Positions 52,935 to 64,000 of a DNA stretch of 64,000 nt are shown one piece after another. Position 1 is the stretch's first letter; each line of letters starts with the position of its first letter. A program made the translations under genes and the position numbers. Source of the stretch: the human T2T-CHM13v2.0 reference genome, Homo sapiens; NCBI RefSeq assembly GCF_009914755.1, contig NC_060941.1; one strand, given 5' to 3'. The notes beneath the pieces are model-generated. The model worked only from the letters and a program-made list of their open reading frames with translations, had not been told where the DNA came from and ran no database searches.

Positions 52935-55140
52935 CTCTCCCTCTCCCTCTCCCTCTCCCCCTCCCCCTCCCCCTCCCCCTCCCTCTCCCTCCACGGTCTC
53001 CCTCTGATGCCGAGCCAAAGCTGGACGGTACTGCTGCCATCTCGGCTCACTGCAACCTCCCTGCCTGATTCTCCTGCCTCGGCCTGCCGAGTGCCTGCGA
53101 TTGCAGGCGCGCGCCGCCACGCCTGACTGGTTTTCGTTTTTTTTTGGTGGAGACGGGGTTTCGCTGTGTTGGCCGGGCTGGTCTCCAGCTCCTAACCGCG
53201 AGTGATCCGCCAGCCTCGGCCTCCCGAGGTGCCGGGATTGCAGACGGAGTCTCGTTCACTCAGTGCTCAATGGTGCCCAGGCTGGAGTGCAGTGGCGTGA
53301 TCTCGGCTCGCAACAACCACCTCCCAGCCGCCTGCCTTGGCCTCCCAAAGAGCCGAGATTGCAGCCTCTGCCCGGCCGCCACCCCGTCTGGGAAGTGAGG
53401 AGCGTCTCTGCCTGGCCCCCCATCGTCTGGGATATGAGGAGCCTCTCTGCCTGGCTGCCCAGTCTGGAAAGTGAGGAGCGTCTCTGCCCGGCCGCCATCC
53501 CATCTAGGAAGTGAGGAGCGTCTCTGCCCGGCCGCCCATCGTCTGAGATGTGGGGAGCACCTCTGCCCCGCCGCCCCGTCTGGGATGTGAGGAGCGCCTC
53601 TGCTGGGCCGCAACCCTGTCTGGGAGGTGAGGAGCGTCTCTGCCCGGCCACCCCGTCTGAGAAGTGAGGAAACCCTCTGCCTGGCAACCGCCCCGTCTGA
53701 GAAGTGAGGAGCCCCTCCGTCCGGCAACCACCCCGTCTGGGAAGTGAGGAGCGTCTCCGTCCGGCAGCCACCCCGTCCGGGAGGGAGGTGGGGGGGGTCA
53801 GCCCCCCGCCCGGCCAGCCGCCCCGTCCGGGAGGTGAGGGGCGCCTCTGCCCGGCCGCCCCTACTGGGAAGTGAGGAGCCCCTCTGCCCGGCCAGCCGCC
53901 CCGCCCGGGAGGGAGGTGGGGGGGTCAGCCCCCCGCCCGGCCAGCCGCCCCGTCCGGGAGGTGAGGGGCTCCTCTGCCCGGCCGCCCCTACTGGGAAGTG
54001 AGGAGCCCCTCTGCCCGGCCAGTCGCCCCGTCCAGGAGGGAGGTGGGGGGGTCAGCCCCCCGCCCGGCCAGCCGCCCAGTCCGGGAGGTGAGGGGCGCCT
54101 CTGCCCGGCCGCCCCTACTGGGAAGTGAGGAGCCCCTCTGCCCGGCCAGCCGCCCCGCCCGGGAGGGAGGTGGGGGGGTCAGCCCCCCGCCTGGCCAGCC
54201 GCCCCGTCCGGGAGGGAGGTGGGGGGGTCAGCCCCCCGCCCGGCCAGCCGCCCCGTCCGGGAGGGGGGAGGGGGGGGTCAGCCCCCTGCCCGGCCAGCCG
54301 CCCCGTCCGGGAGGGAGGTGGGGGGGTCGGCCCCCCGCCCGGCCAGCCGCCCCGTCCGGGAGGGAGGTGGGGGGATCAGCCCCCTGCCTGGCCAGCCGCC
54401 CCGTCCGGGAGGTGAGGGGCGCCTCTGCCCGGCCGCCCCTACTGGGAAGTGAGGAGCCCCTCTGCCTGGCCAGCCGCCCCGTCCGGGAGGATGGTGGGGG
54501 GGTCAGCCCCCCGCCCGGCCAGCCGCCCCATCCGGGAGGTGAGGGGCGCTTCTGCCCGGCCGCCCCTACTGGGAAGTGAGGAGCCCCTCTGCCCGGCCAC
54601 GACCCCGTCTGGGAGGTGTGCCCAGCGGCTCATTGGGGATGGGCCATGATGACAATGGCGGTTTTGTGGAATAGAAAGGCGGGAAGGGTGGGGAAAAAAT
54701 TGAGAAATCAGATGGTTGCCGGGTCTGTGTGGATAGAAGTAGACATGGGAGACTTTTCATTTTGTTCTGTACTAAGAAAAATTCTTCTGCCTTGGGATCC
54801 TGTTGATCTGTGACCTTATCCCCAACCCTGTGCTCTCTGAAACATGTGCTGTGTCCACTCAGGGTTGAATGGATTAAGGGCGGTGCAAGATGTGCTTTGT
54901 TAAACAGATGCTTGAAGGCAGCATGCTCTTTAAGAGTCATCACCACTCCCTAATCTCAAGTTCCCAGGGACACAAACACTGCGGAAGGCCGCAGGGTCCT
55001 CTGCCTAGGAAAACCAGAGACCTTTGTTCACTTGTTTATCTGCTGACCTTCCCTCCACTATTGTCCTATGACCCTGCCAAATCCCCCTCTGCGAGAAACA
55101 CCCAAGAATGATCAATAAAAAAAAAAAATAAAAAAAAAAA
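52935..55140 (+). mobile_element. Full-length SVA retrotransposon (probably SVA_E; subfamily from memory)
   Basis: (CCCTCT/CCCCCT) hexamer head, Alu-like domain, GC-rich VNTR (~53370-54610), SINE-R, AATAAA at 55114, poly-A. TSD A(n)CAACC at a TT|AAAA L1-endonuclease site. Confidence 0.97.
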
Positions 55141-56905
55141 CAACCAATCAACAAACAACCTCATAAGCCCAGCAGACCGTGAAGGCCCCAGGAACTCAGG
55201 GCAGAAGTTAGCAATGTGGGTTCTGCCCTCGTTGGCCAGAAAGGTGCGGTGTGGCCATTTCACTTCCCTCGCTGGGCCTTGGATTTCCTTACCAGAAACA
55301 TGATGGTCATAGTCACTGGCCAGTTGACTGCCCAGAGGTGGCAGAAGGATGAAATGCAATTGGACTCAGAGAACCGTACCATGAGCCTAAAGCATCTCAT
55401 CATTCAACCCCACAAATCTCAGGACAAAGTCAGTGCTCCACGGCGTCCATCCCCGGCTCCTCCCTCCCTAACTGGCAGAGACCAGAGGGACACACACGTG
55501 CCTCAAGTTCACACAGCAACATGGAACACCCAGGCCTCTCGTTTTCTGAAGCTTTTCCACCCCTCCAAACCTTTGCTATAATTATCACCACTGCAACTTT
55601 TAACTAAAACTGATTAAAAGTTTACCACGTGCCAGACACTATTTTAAGCATTTCTCCTGCATCATCGCATCAAATCCTCATAGTAACTCTGTGAGAGTTG
55701 TTATTGTTGTTGTTTCTGTTTAACAGACACAGAGGAGTTGAGAGATTTCCCCGAGGTCACACGGCGACGTGGACCCAGGTGTACGTCCCTTGCAAAGCTC
55801 GTGCTCTAACCATGACACCACACTGCCTCTGGCCCTGATGACTCTTGCAGACACTCTGACGGTTTGGTCCCAGTTCCTGGTTGGAGGGGGACCCCTGATA
55901 AACAGGGGTCACTGCTGATCTGGCCTTTCTGGAATTCTGCAGGGTCTGCCCTCACTTCCCTGCCACTCACCCTCACCCCACCCCCAGCCTCTCTGCTGTT
56001 TGCTGCTGTACCGCACAGCCTGTTCACCCCAGGATCTGCCCCTTCCTCTTCCAGGGTTCCAGGGCTTCCCAGAAGTCAGGCTTCCGTTCCCGCAGGAAGG
56101 GTGCAAACAGGCCAGTTCCTGCTGTGGGGAGGAGTGGGTGCCACAGTCCCTCAGATCACTAATCTATTCAATCCTACTGTGTGCCAAGTGCTGCTCTAGG
56201 TGCAGATGAACAAGCCAGGTGGGGCCTGCCCTTGGGGAGCCTGAGGCCAATGTGCCCGAAGGGTGCCCAGTGCCCTACAGCCCGAGACAGACCCTGGCTG
56301 CATGAGGCTGCCCAGCACTGCACCCCAGGAGACAGGACAGCAGGAGAGCAGGAGTTGGACGCCCGCCTGCCCATCCAGCAGCAACAGGCACTGGGAAAGG
56401 GTGAGGCCCTGGGGAGAAAGAAGGCAAGGGAGCCGGGCAAGCAGCAGGCAGGAGAATCACAGAGCAGCTGTGCCCAGGAGCCCTGGCATGGGGGCCATGG
56501 CCAGGCAGCTGTGGCTGCTTCCTCTGTGTCTGTCTTTGTGGCCCTGGCCAGGATGGCGCTGGACCCCAAGAGGCTGCCTAAGCCAGTGGGCATGGCCTCC
56601 TTAGGCAGCCTGGGTGATGAAACGGACCAGACCCCTGGGTGTGAGCATCACTCTTGCTCTGCCAGGAAGAGGCAGAAGGACCAATGGCAGCGGCAGGGGT
56701 GGATTCTTGCCCAGCAACAGCTGCCAAGACTCTGGGTCCCGGAAGCAGCCCCTCCCTGCCTCCTTTCAGTGCCCTGGCTTTGCAATGCAGGGATTTGCCA
56801 GCCTGAGCTCTGCCAGCCTGGGTTCAGCAAATCCCGCAAGAAGAGCCGGCTCCCCACGGGATTGCCAGTGGACCAGTGAGATGCCTCCTTACCAGTGCCC
56901 ACAGC

Positions 56906-57363
56906 GGGAGGGGTGTGAAATCGGGACTGGCTCCCTGAGAGCTGTTAGAAGCCACCCTAACTGCCCATGGGTATTCGGCTGAAATTCAGCTCCTCTGGGA
57001 GAAAAATCTGGAACAGAGAAGGAGGCTTTAATCTGTCCGCAGGCACTTCAAGGGGAGAGGAAGGATTCCTTTAGAAGGGGGCAGGGGTTGCTGGAAAACA
57101 AGGCTGTGGTTTTAGAGGAGGGCAGTTAGGGTGGCCCCTTCCTGGGGGTCTGGGCTTGGGGCCCTGCCTGCAGATGAGGGGGATCCGCCTGGGGCAAGGT
57201 CTTGAGAGAAGCCCCATAGATGGCCCCGTCATGTGGAGTCAGCGGCTGTGGTTCGGGGGAAACAGGGAGGCCACCGCCTGCTTTCCCGGGCACCGTGTGG
57301 CTGACCCACCGCAGTTGGAGGTCTTGGCTCTCAGGGAGCTTGTCCCGATTTCCCACCCCTCCC
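56906..57363. repeat. Nested inverted repeats
   Basis: 56906-56942 vs 57327-57363 (34/37); 56951-56966 vs 57120-57135 (16/16). Confidence 0.85.
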
Positions 57364-57371
57364 CCTTAAGG

Positions 57372-57590
57372 GAACCATGGGCCGCCTGGCCCTGTGCTGC
57401 CCGCCTGCACTGGTGCATCTTCAGCTGATGAGAGGATGTGAGGTCTGGAGTGAGGCCAGCATGGCTTCGCCTGCCAGGAGCCTTCCTCTGCTCGCTCCTC
57501 TCCCCCAGCCCCGGGACAGGTCCCCATGTCCCAGGCACAGTGACACTCTCTGGCATGGAGCCAAGGCAGAACTTGCAGCAGCCTGGGAAG
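57372..57590 (+). repeat. Inverted local duplication, copy A (partner 63425-63693)
   Basis: Exact 23-mer ggccgcctggccctgtgctgccc and 18-mer cttcagctgatgagagga, plus gggacaggtcc and ggcacagtgac, all present reverse-complemented in the partner. Confidence 0.9.
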
Positions 57591-58627
57591 GTGGATCCTG
57601 GGGCCACAGATCTGGATGAAGAACTTTCCTCCCGGAAGGCAAAGGCAGGCACCGCTGCTTGCCCCAGACGGTGGGGGTGCTGAGGCCTTGGCGCCACGCC
57701 TCTGTGGGGTGAGGGCCATCTTGAGCCAGAGCCTAGAGTGCATTCCAGAACCTGATCTTATCACTCCACCAAGGACGCTAGTATTCTGGGGGATTGATTT
57801 GCTGCAACCAGTGATGGATTTAAAACACATGAGGAAGCCAATTCATTCCTTCACCCTGGGCCTGCAGAACCATCCGAGCTGCACTGGGGCAGTTCTGTAC
57901 ATCTCCAGTGAATCCAGCCCTGCACCCCTCTGTTAACGTGCTTTTCAAACCAAACAGTGGAATGCATTGGTCATCACAGGGTTTGATCTGATGTGAAAAG
58001 TGTTATAAAGCCATTCCAATTAAAGTGCCTCTGGCCTTGTGTTTCCTGAAAGCTGCTATTGAGAGGAATATAATTGCATGAGAACAGCATCCCCTGAACT
58101 TGCTGCTTCTTGGGGACCCCACCACATGGCTTGGGTCAAACAGCACACTGACAGGATACCCTGGGCCACAGGAGGCAGCCTCCCACCCACACTTCTCTTC
58201 CTAATCTCCAAGTAGCCACTCCCCTGGGTCTGCCTTTGTCCCCAAACTGCCCGATCCCCAGTGTCCCCATCGGTGGGTCAGCATTTACAGGGCACCATCC
58301 TTGTCCCCATGATACAACTCTCACCCCACAGGAGCAGGGTGCTGGTGGCCCAGATTTCACAGAGGGCTTGGTGGGTTTCCAATCTTCGTCTGTGAGTCTC
58401 GAGTCCCTGAGGACAACGCCCCGCTTCTGTGTGTCTCTCCGGACTTGTGCGGGGGTACTCAGCAGACTCTTGGGTGATCCACCTAAGGTGCAGTGCCCTG
58501 CAAGAGCTGGACACCTTGAAAATAGAAAGGGGGTTCACTCCACGCGAATTATAATCCTGGGAGAAAGGTGCTTGGCCTGGCAGTAGCAGGGGGCAAAGAA
58601 AACACAGTGGAGGGAGAAGTAAGAGAA

Positions 58628-59402
58628 TGGCCACTCCTGCCCCTCCAACTCCAGCAGTGCCCCCCCGACTCCAGCAGCCCCCACCACTCCAGCAGGCCCT
58701 CCCCACTCCAGCAGGCCCCCCCACTCCAGCAGGCCCCCCCACTCCAGCAGGCCCTCCCAACTCCAGCAGTGCCCCCCCCCACTCCAGCAGCCCCCACCAC
58801 TCCAGCAGGCCCCCCCTACTCCAGTAGGTGCCCCTCACTACAACAGGCCCCCCCCACTCCAGCAGGCCCTCCCCACTCCAGCAGGCCCTCCCCACTCCAG
58901 CAGCCCCCCCCACTCCAGCAGGCCCCCCCTACTCCAGCAGGCCCCCCCACTCCAGCAGGCCCTCCCCACTCCAGCAGGCCCCCCCACTCCAGCAGGCCCT
59001 CCCCACTCCAGCAGGCCCCCCCACTCCAGCAGGCCCCCCCACTCCAGCAGGCCCCCCCCACTCCAGCAGCCCCCCCCACTCCAGCAGGCCCCCCAACTCC
59101 AGCAGGCCCTCCCCACTCCAGCAGCCCCCCCCTACTCCAGCAGGCCCTCCCCACTCCAGCAGCCCCCCCCTACTCCAGCAGCCCCCCCCAACTCCAGCAG
59201 GCCCTCCCCACTCCAGCAGCCCCCCCCTACTCCAGCAGGCCTCCCCACTCCAGCAGGCCTCCCCACTCCAGCAGGCCCCCCCACTCCAGCAGGCCCCCCC
59301 CACTCCAGCAGGCCCCCCCACTCCAGCAGGCCTCCCCCTATTCCAGCAGGCCCCCCCCCACTCCAGTAAGTGCCCCTCACTCCAGCAGGCCCTCTCCACT
59401 CC
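58628..59402 (+). repeat. C-rich minisatellite, 18-20 bp unit CACTCCAGCAG(G)CCC(T)CCC, ~40 copies
   Basis: Read directly. Confidence 0.97.
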
Positions 59403-61070
59403 TTCTCTCCCTCCCTTCCCTTCCCATTCTGGGCCCTCGCCTTCATTCCCCTTTTCTCTTCGCCCTTTCTTTCCCCTCCTCTCTCCTCCTCAGAGTTAGA
59501 AAGACCTTGGTGGTGGGTCCCGGTAGGAGGAGAGGACGCTTGCTCCCCACTTCTTGGAGAGCGAGCCTTTGCTTGGCAGGGGTCTCAGAGAGCACCCCGA
59601 GCTGCTCACACCCCCCGTTGCTCACCACCAACCCCTTCAACGTCCAGGGTCCTGCAGAACTCTCAAATCCAGCCAGGTGGGTGTGGCTCAGGCCTCCGGC
59701 TACCTGTGCTGGGGTAGGGAACAGGGAAGGGGGCACAGCCTCTCTTTTATTGTTGTTTGGTTCTGGCCCTGCCACAGAAAGCATTTTGCAACTGGACCCT
59801 CCACCCACCTCCCCTGACCCCCTAGTGCCTGGCAGATGCTTCCTAGCGCAGGGGGAGGGAGGGAAGGAGCGGAACAGACGGCCCCCCCAGGGGTCTCACC
59901 TGCCATCAGCCTTCCAGTCTCCCTCATCCCCGCTTGCTGACCTCCCTCCTGGCCCCCAGGGGACCCACGAGGCACACCCTGCATGGACTGATGCCACCCA
60001 AGCCCTGGCTCCTTGCCCCCAGCCGACGCTCCACAGAGCTCTCTGCCTCGCTAACTTGGAACAGTCATAGCATGAGTGGGTTTTTTTCTCTTTTAGTCAA
60101 AATCAATGACAATGACAGAGTAATAAGGCGAGCCGTGGGGAAGAAGAAGAAAGCGCCTGGTGTCAGGATTGATGCAGGAGGCAGTTAGAGGGACCTATTA
60201 GGATTTCAGTTGCCTCAGGGTGTGCTTCTCCGGCGAGCAGGTGTGATGTCAGGGAACCCACTGGCAGGCAGGCAGCCTTGTCCCTGCACACCTGTCATTA
60301 ATGTGGAAGGCGCAACATTGCAGCTATTAGTAGGGGGTGGCGGGGTGCGTGGTGGAGACATCTCAGTTATACAAGGGGGACTAAGAGTTCCACTGGGAGA
60401 AGAGAAGGAGGAACCCGAGGTGTCTGCCCCGACTCCAGGGCCCCGAGTCTGGAGAGAAGGGACCTCGGAGGGGGCGTTCACCACAGCGCAGTGGACAGGG
60501 CCTGACCGTCACAGGTAGGGGGTGCCTGGAGCCTGCCAGCCGGAGGAGTGGGGACCCCTTTGTTTTCCTCCCAAAGTCCACTGTTCCTGCTGGCTCCAGA
60601 ACAGCCCCCAGGCATTGCCACGCTCCCTCCCTGGGCCACACTGGCTCCCCGCACCTCAAAAGGGAGAAAGACCCACAGGGCTGGGGGAGACGGCAGATCC
60701 CCCACCATGCACTCACATAGCTGGGGTTCTTGTCACTTTGCCAGGTCCCTTTCAATTTCCACTCTGAAAGAAGGGCTGGCACATGACAGCGTTAACCTCT
60801 GGCCTCCATTCTTTGCCCCCCAGAGAATGAAACAAAGGGAGAAAGGGGATCTCCCCAGGGATAAGGCAGGCTCAGGTCAGAGGCCCTCATTGCCCAGTCA
60901 TCTTGGGCAGCTCCCTAGCTCTGCCCCTGGGTTTCCTGTCTGTAAAACAGGGTGCTAATACCTGCTTGCTTGGGGTCATTAGAAGTTGGATGCAGGACGG
61001 GCTACCTAATCTGTGGAGCCCAGTGCACATGACAAGGGGAGACCTTGTTAATAAAGTACTAAGAATTTCA

Positions 61071-61396
<326 letters not shown>

Positions 61397-62151
61397 CTTC
61401 CGGACAGCAGTCGTTCTTGCTAAGAATTTCTAGAGTAGGAAGCAAGGGTCTTGCTCCCTGCCCACTGTGCAAATGAAAGAATCAAGTACAAGGAGTGAGA
61501 AAGACAGCCTAATGTTTCCTGGACATGGTGGCTGGGGACTGGCTGGAAGTTGGGGAGGGGACCCCCCCCAGCCTAGGTAGGCCCAGGTTCCTGCAGCCAC
61601 AGCCTTGATGGTGATGGTCCAGGGAGAATGGCTGAGGGTGCCCACCTGGCAGGACCACAACTGTGATGAGTGAAATCAGCACGAGAAGGACTCTGGCACC
61701 CAGTTTGGGGGTGGGCAGGCAGGATGAGGCAGTGATGGACACGCGCAGCCCCCACCACACCTGCCTTCATCAGGGGCCTCCGGGTGCCCGGACGGATGCT
61801 GGTGACCATGGCAAGGGAGGGCTCAACGGTGCTGCCACAGCGGTGGTGCCTCTCGAGAGGCAGCTGGTTAGAAGTGAGAACGCAGTGTCTTCCGCCTCTC
61901 CACACCTTCTCAAGGAGGTGATTTCCCAGCCACCCGCGAGCAGCCGAGCATCCTCATTCAGCTCCTCAGGTGTCAGGGCACTGCTCTTGTTTACACTGTC
62001 ATCGCCCTTGCACTGAACAGCAGAGGCGTGGACTCCTTTTGGCTGATCTTTGCTCTGAGCACCCAGCGCTATGCCAAGGATGGGGAGCCCCATCCAGAGC
62101 CCAGGCACCATCTCCAAGCAGATGGAGGAGCTAGGAACAGCTAGGAGGGTC

Positions 62152-62770
<619 letters not shown>

Positions 62771-63424
62771 CCAGACGGGCAGAGAAAAGTCTCATCCGTC
62801 CCCCAACCCCCATCCTCAGAACTGGCCTGGCTTGCAAGGAGGGGATTTTGTCTCCATTTCACAGATATTAAGGAAATTGGGTGCAGAAACTTTCAAGAGC
62901 CTGCCCAGGATTCACAGAGTGAGAAGCCAGGGCAAAGCCAGAATTTAGACCTAGTGCTGTGTGGACTCACCCTTCCCACAGGAACATCCTGCTTCAGAAC
63001 TGAACACCTGCAACTCAGTGTGGCTCACTCGATCCCAGCTCTAGGGGGTGACCCGGCCACCCACACCACTCTCTCCCCACCCCACACCATGGGTTCTGGG
63101 CTGCCTCACCCTCCCTCATTGCCTCCTGCGTGCACAGAACATCCTTTCCATGGGGGACATGCATCAGGAGTAGAGAAGGCTGGGCAGGGACATGGTGTGG
63201 GATCGCATGCGGCTGATATTCCTGTTAAATAAATACATTTTGCTAATTGGATTACTCAGACAGTATAATATACTACTGGATTTCCAACATGATGCTAATA
63301 AATTGTGTGAAGAACTTAATCATGTTAGCGTCCTGAAAGCTTATAAGAGATGAAATGAGAAAATCAGGCAACGTTGACACCCAGGGCCTCCTAAGGCTCT
63401 CAGGCTCCTGGAGCTTCCGTGAGC

Positions 63425-63693
63425 TCCCTTCGCCGGGCTCTCTGCAACAGAAGCTGCCGCTGGGCATGTGGGGTGCGTGTGGGGGTGTCAAGGGGAGGGA
63501 AGAAGGAGGTATTCAGCCAGAGAATGAGAGTCACTGTGCCAGGGACTCGAGGACCTGTCCCTGGGCCAGGGGAGAGAAGCTGGCCGAGCAAGGTTCCCAG
63601 CAGGTGAAGCCACCCTGGCCCTCACACTCCTCTCATCAGCTGAAGGCCCAGCGGGTGCAGGTGGGCAGCACAGGGCCAGGCGGCCTGTGGTTC
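63425..63693 (-). repeat. Inverted local duplication, copy B (partner 57372-57590), cut by the MER4 LTR
   Basis: See copy A; homology stops exactly at the TG of the LTR at 63694. Confidence 0.9.
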
Positions 63694-64000
63694 TGTGAAC
63701 CCAAAATATCTGAGACAGTCTCAGTTAATTTAGGAAGTTTATTTTGCCAAGGTTGAGGACGTGCGCCCATGACACAGCCTCAGGAGGTCCTGATGACATG
63801 TGCCCAAGGTGGTCAGGGCACAGCTCGGTTTTATACACTTTAGGGAGACAAGAGACATCAATCAACATATGTAAGATGAACATTGGTTCTGTCCCGGAAA
63901 GGCAGGACAACTGGAAGCAGGGAGAGGGCTTCCGCTCATAGGTAGAGAGGAGACAAATGGTAGCATTCTTTTGAGTTTCTGATGAGCCTCTCCAAAGGAG
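63694..64000 (-). mobile_element. MER4A1-like ERV1 LTR (runs off window end)
   Basis: tgtgaaccc.aaa.atctgagaca.gtctcagttaattta..aagtttattttgccaaggttgaggac..gacacagcctcaggaggtcctga.gacatgtgcccaaggtggtc. Confidence 0.85.

Noticed and set aside
53047-55111. Many overlapping ORFs up to 193 aa
   Set aside because: All are SVA Alu-like, VNTR or SINE-R translations; SVA is non-coding.
56181-56879. 232-aa ORF
   Set aside because: Non-ATG start, GC-driven composition, open frames on both strands, no known motif.
58575-59400. CTCF-site array in the C-rich VNTR (CCAGCAGG...)
   Set aside because: Units continue CCCCC rather than the GGGC needed for the CTCF core; only partial matches.
58568-60070. 500-aa Pro/Gln-rich ORF
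   Set aside because: Non-ATG start; over half is the nearly stop-free VNTR and the rest is GC-rich DNA where long open frames arise by chance; no recognisable domain.

Overview
This is human (not microbial) non-coding genomic DNA. A 5/5-diagnostic AluYa5 (43388-43693) and a full-length SVA (52935-55140) point to Homo sapiens. I recognise no protein-coding exon, tRNA, rRNA, snRNA/snoRNA or CRISPR array, and I cannot place the locus without a search. The ORF track is explained by repeats and by chance open frames in GC-rich DNA. The window looks like a GC-rich intergenic or large-intron region with ~17 Alus, old L1/L2/MIR, several solo LTRs (MER21, MER39, THE1, MLT1F, MLT2, MLT2A1, MER4A1) and hAT/Tigger DNA-transposon fossils, often nested. 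The features not explained by standard repeats are: (i) a 1.5-kb higher-order minisatellite (28 units of 59/38 bp, each with a 15-bp palindrome, a TGACAG site and a CACAGTG heptamer) that appears to derive from an old L1 3' end; (ii) three ~200-280 bp local non-tandem duplications, one with exon-like splice signals next to an RFX X-box and one inside a cluster of inverted repeats; (iii) a C-rich ~19-bp VNTR; (iv) doubly truncated L1 fragments that look like repair-type insertions; (v) AT-rich islands dense in homeodomain/FOX/bZIP motifs (candidate enhancers). I found no convincing new biological system, only testable candidates. Repeat subfamily names come from remembered consensus sequences and need RepeatMasker/Dfam confirmation. 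Identity values are hand counts.
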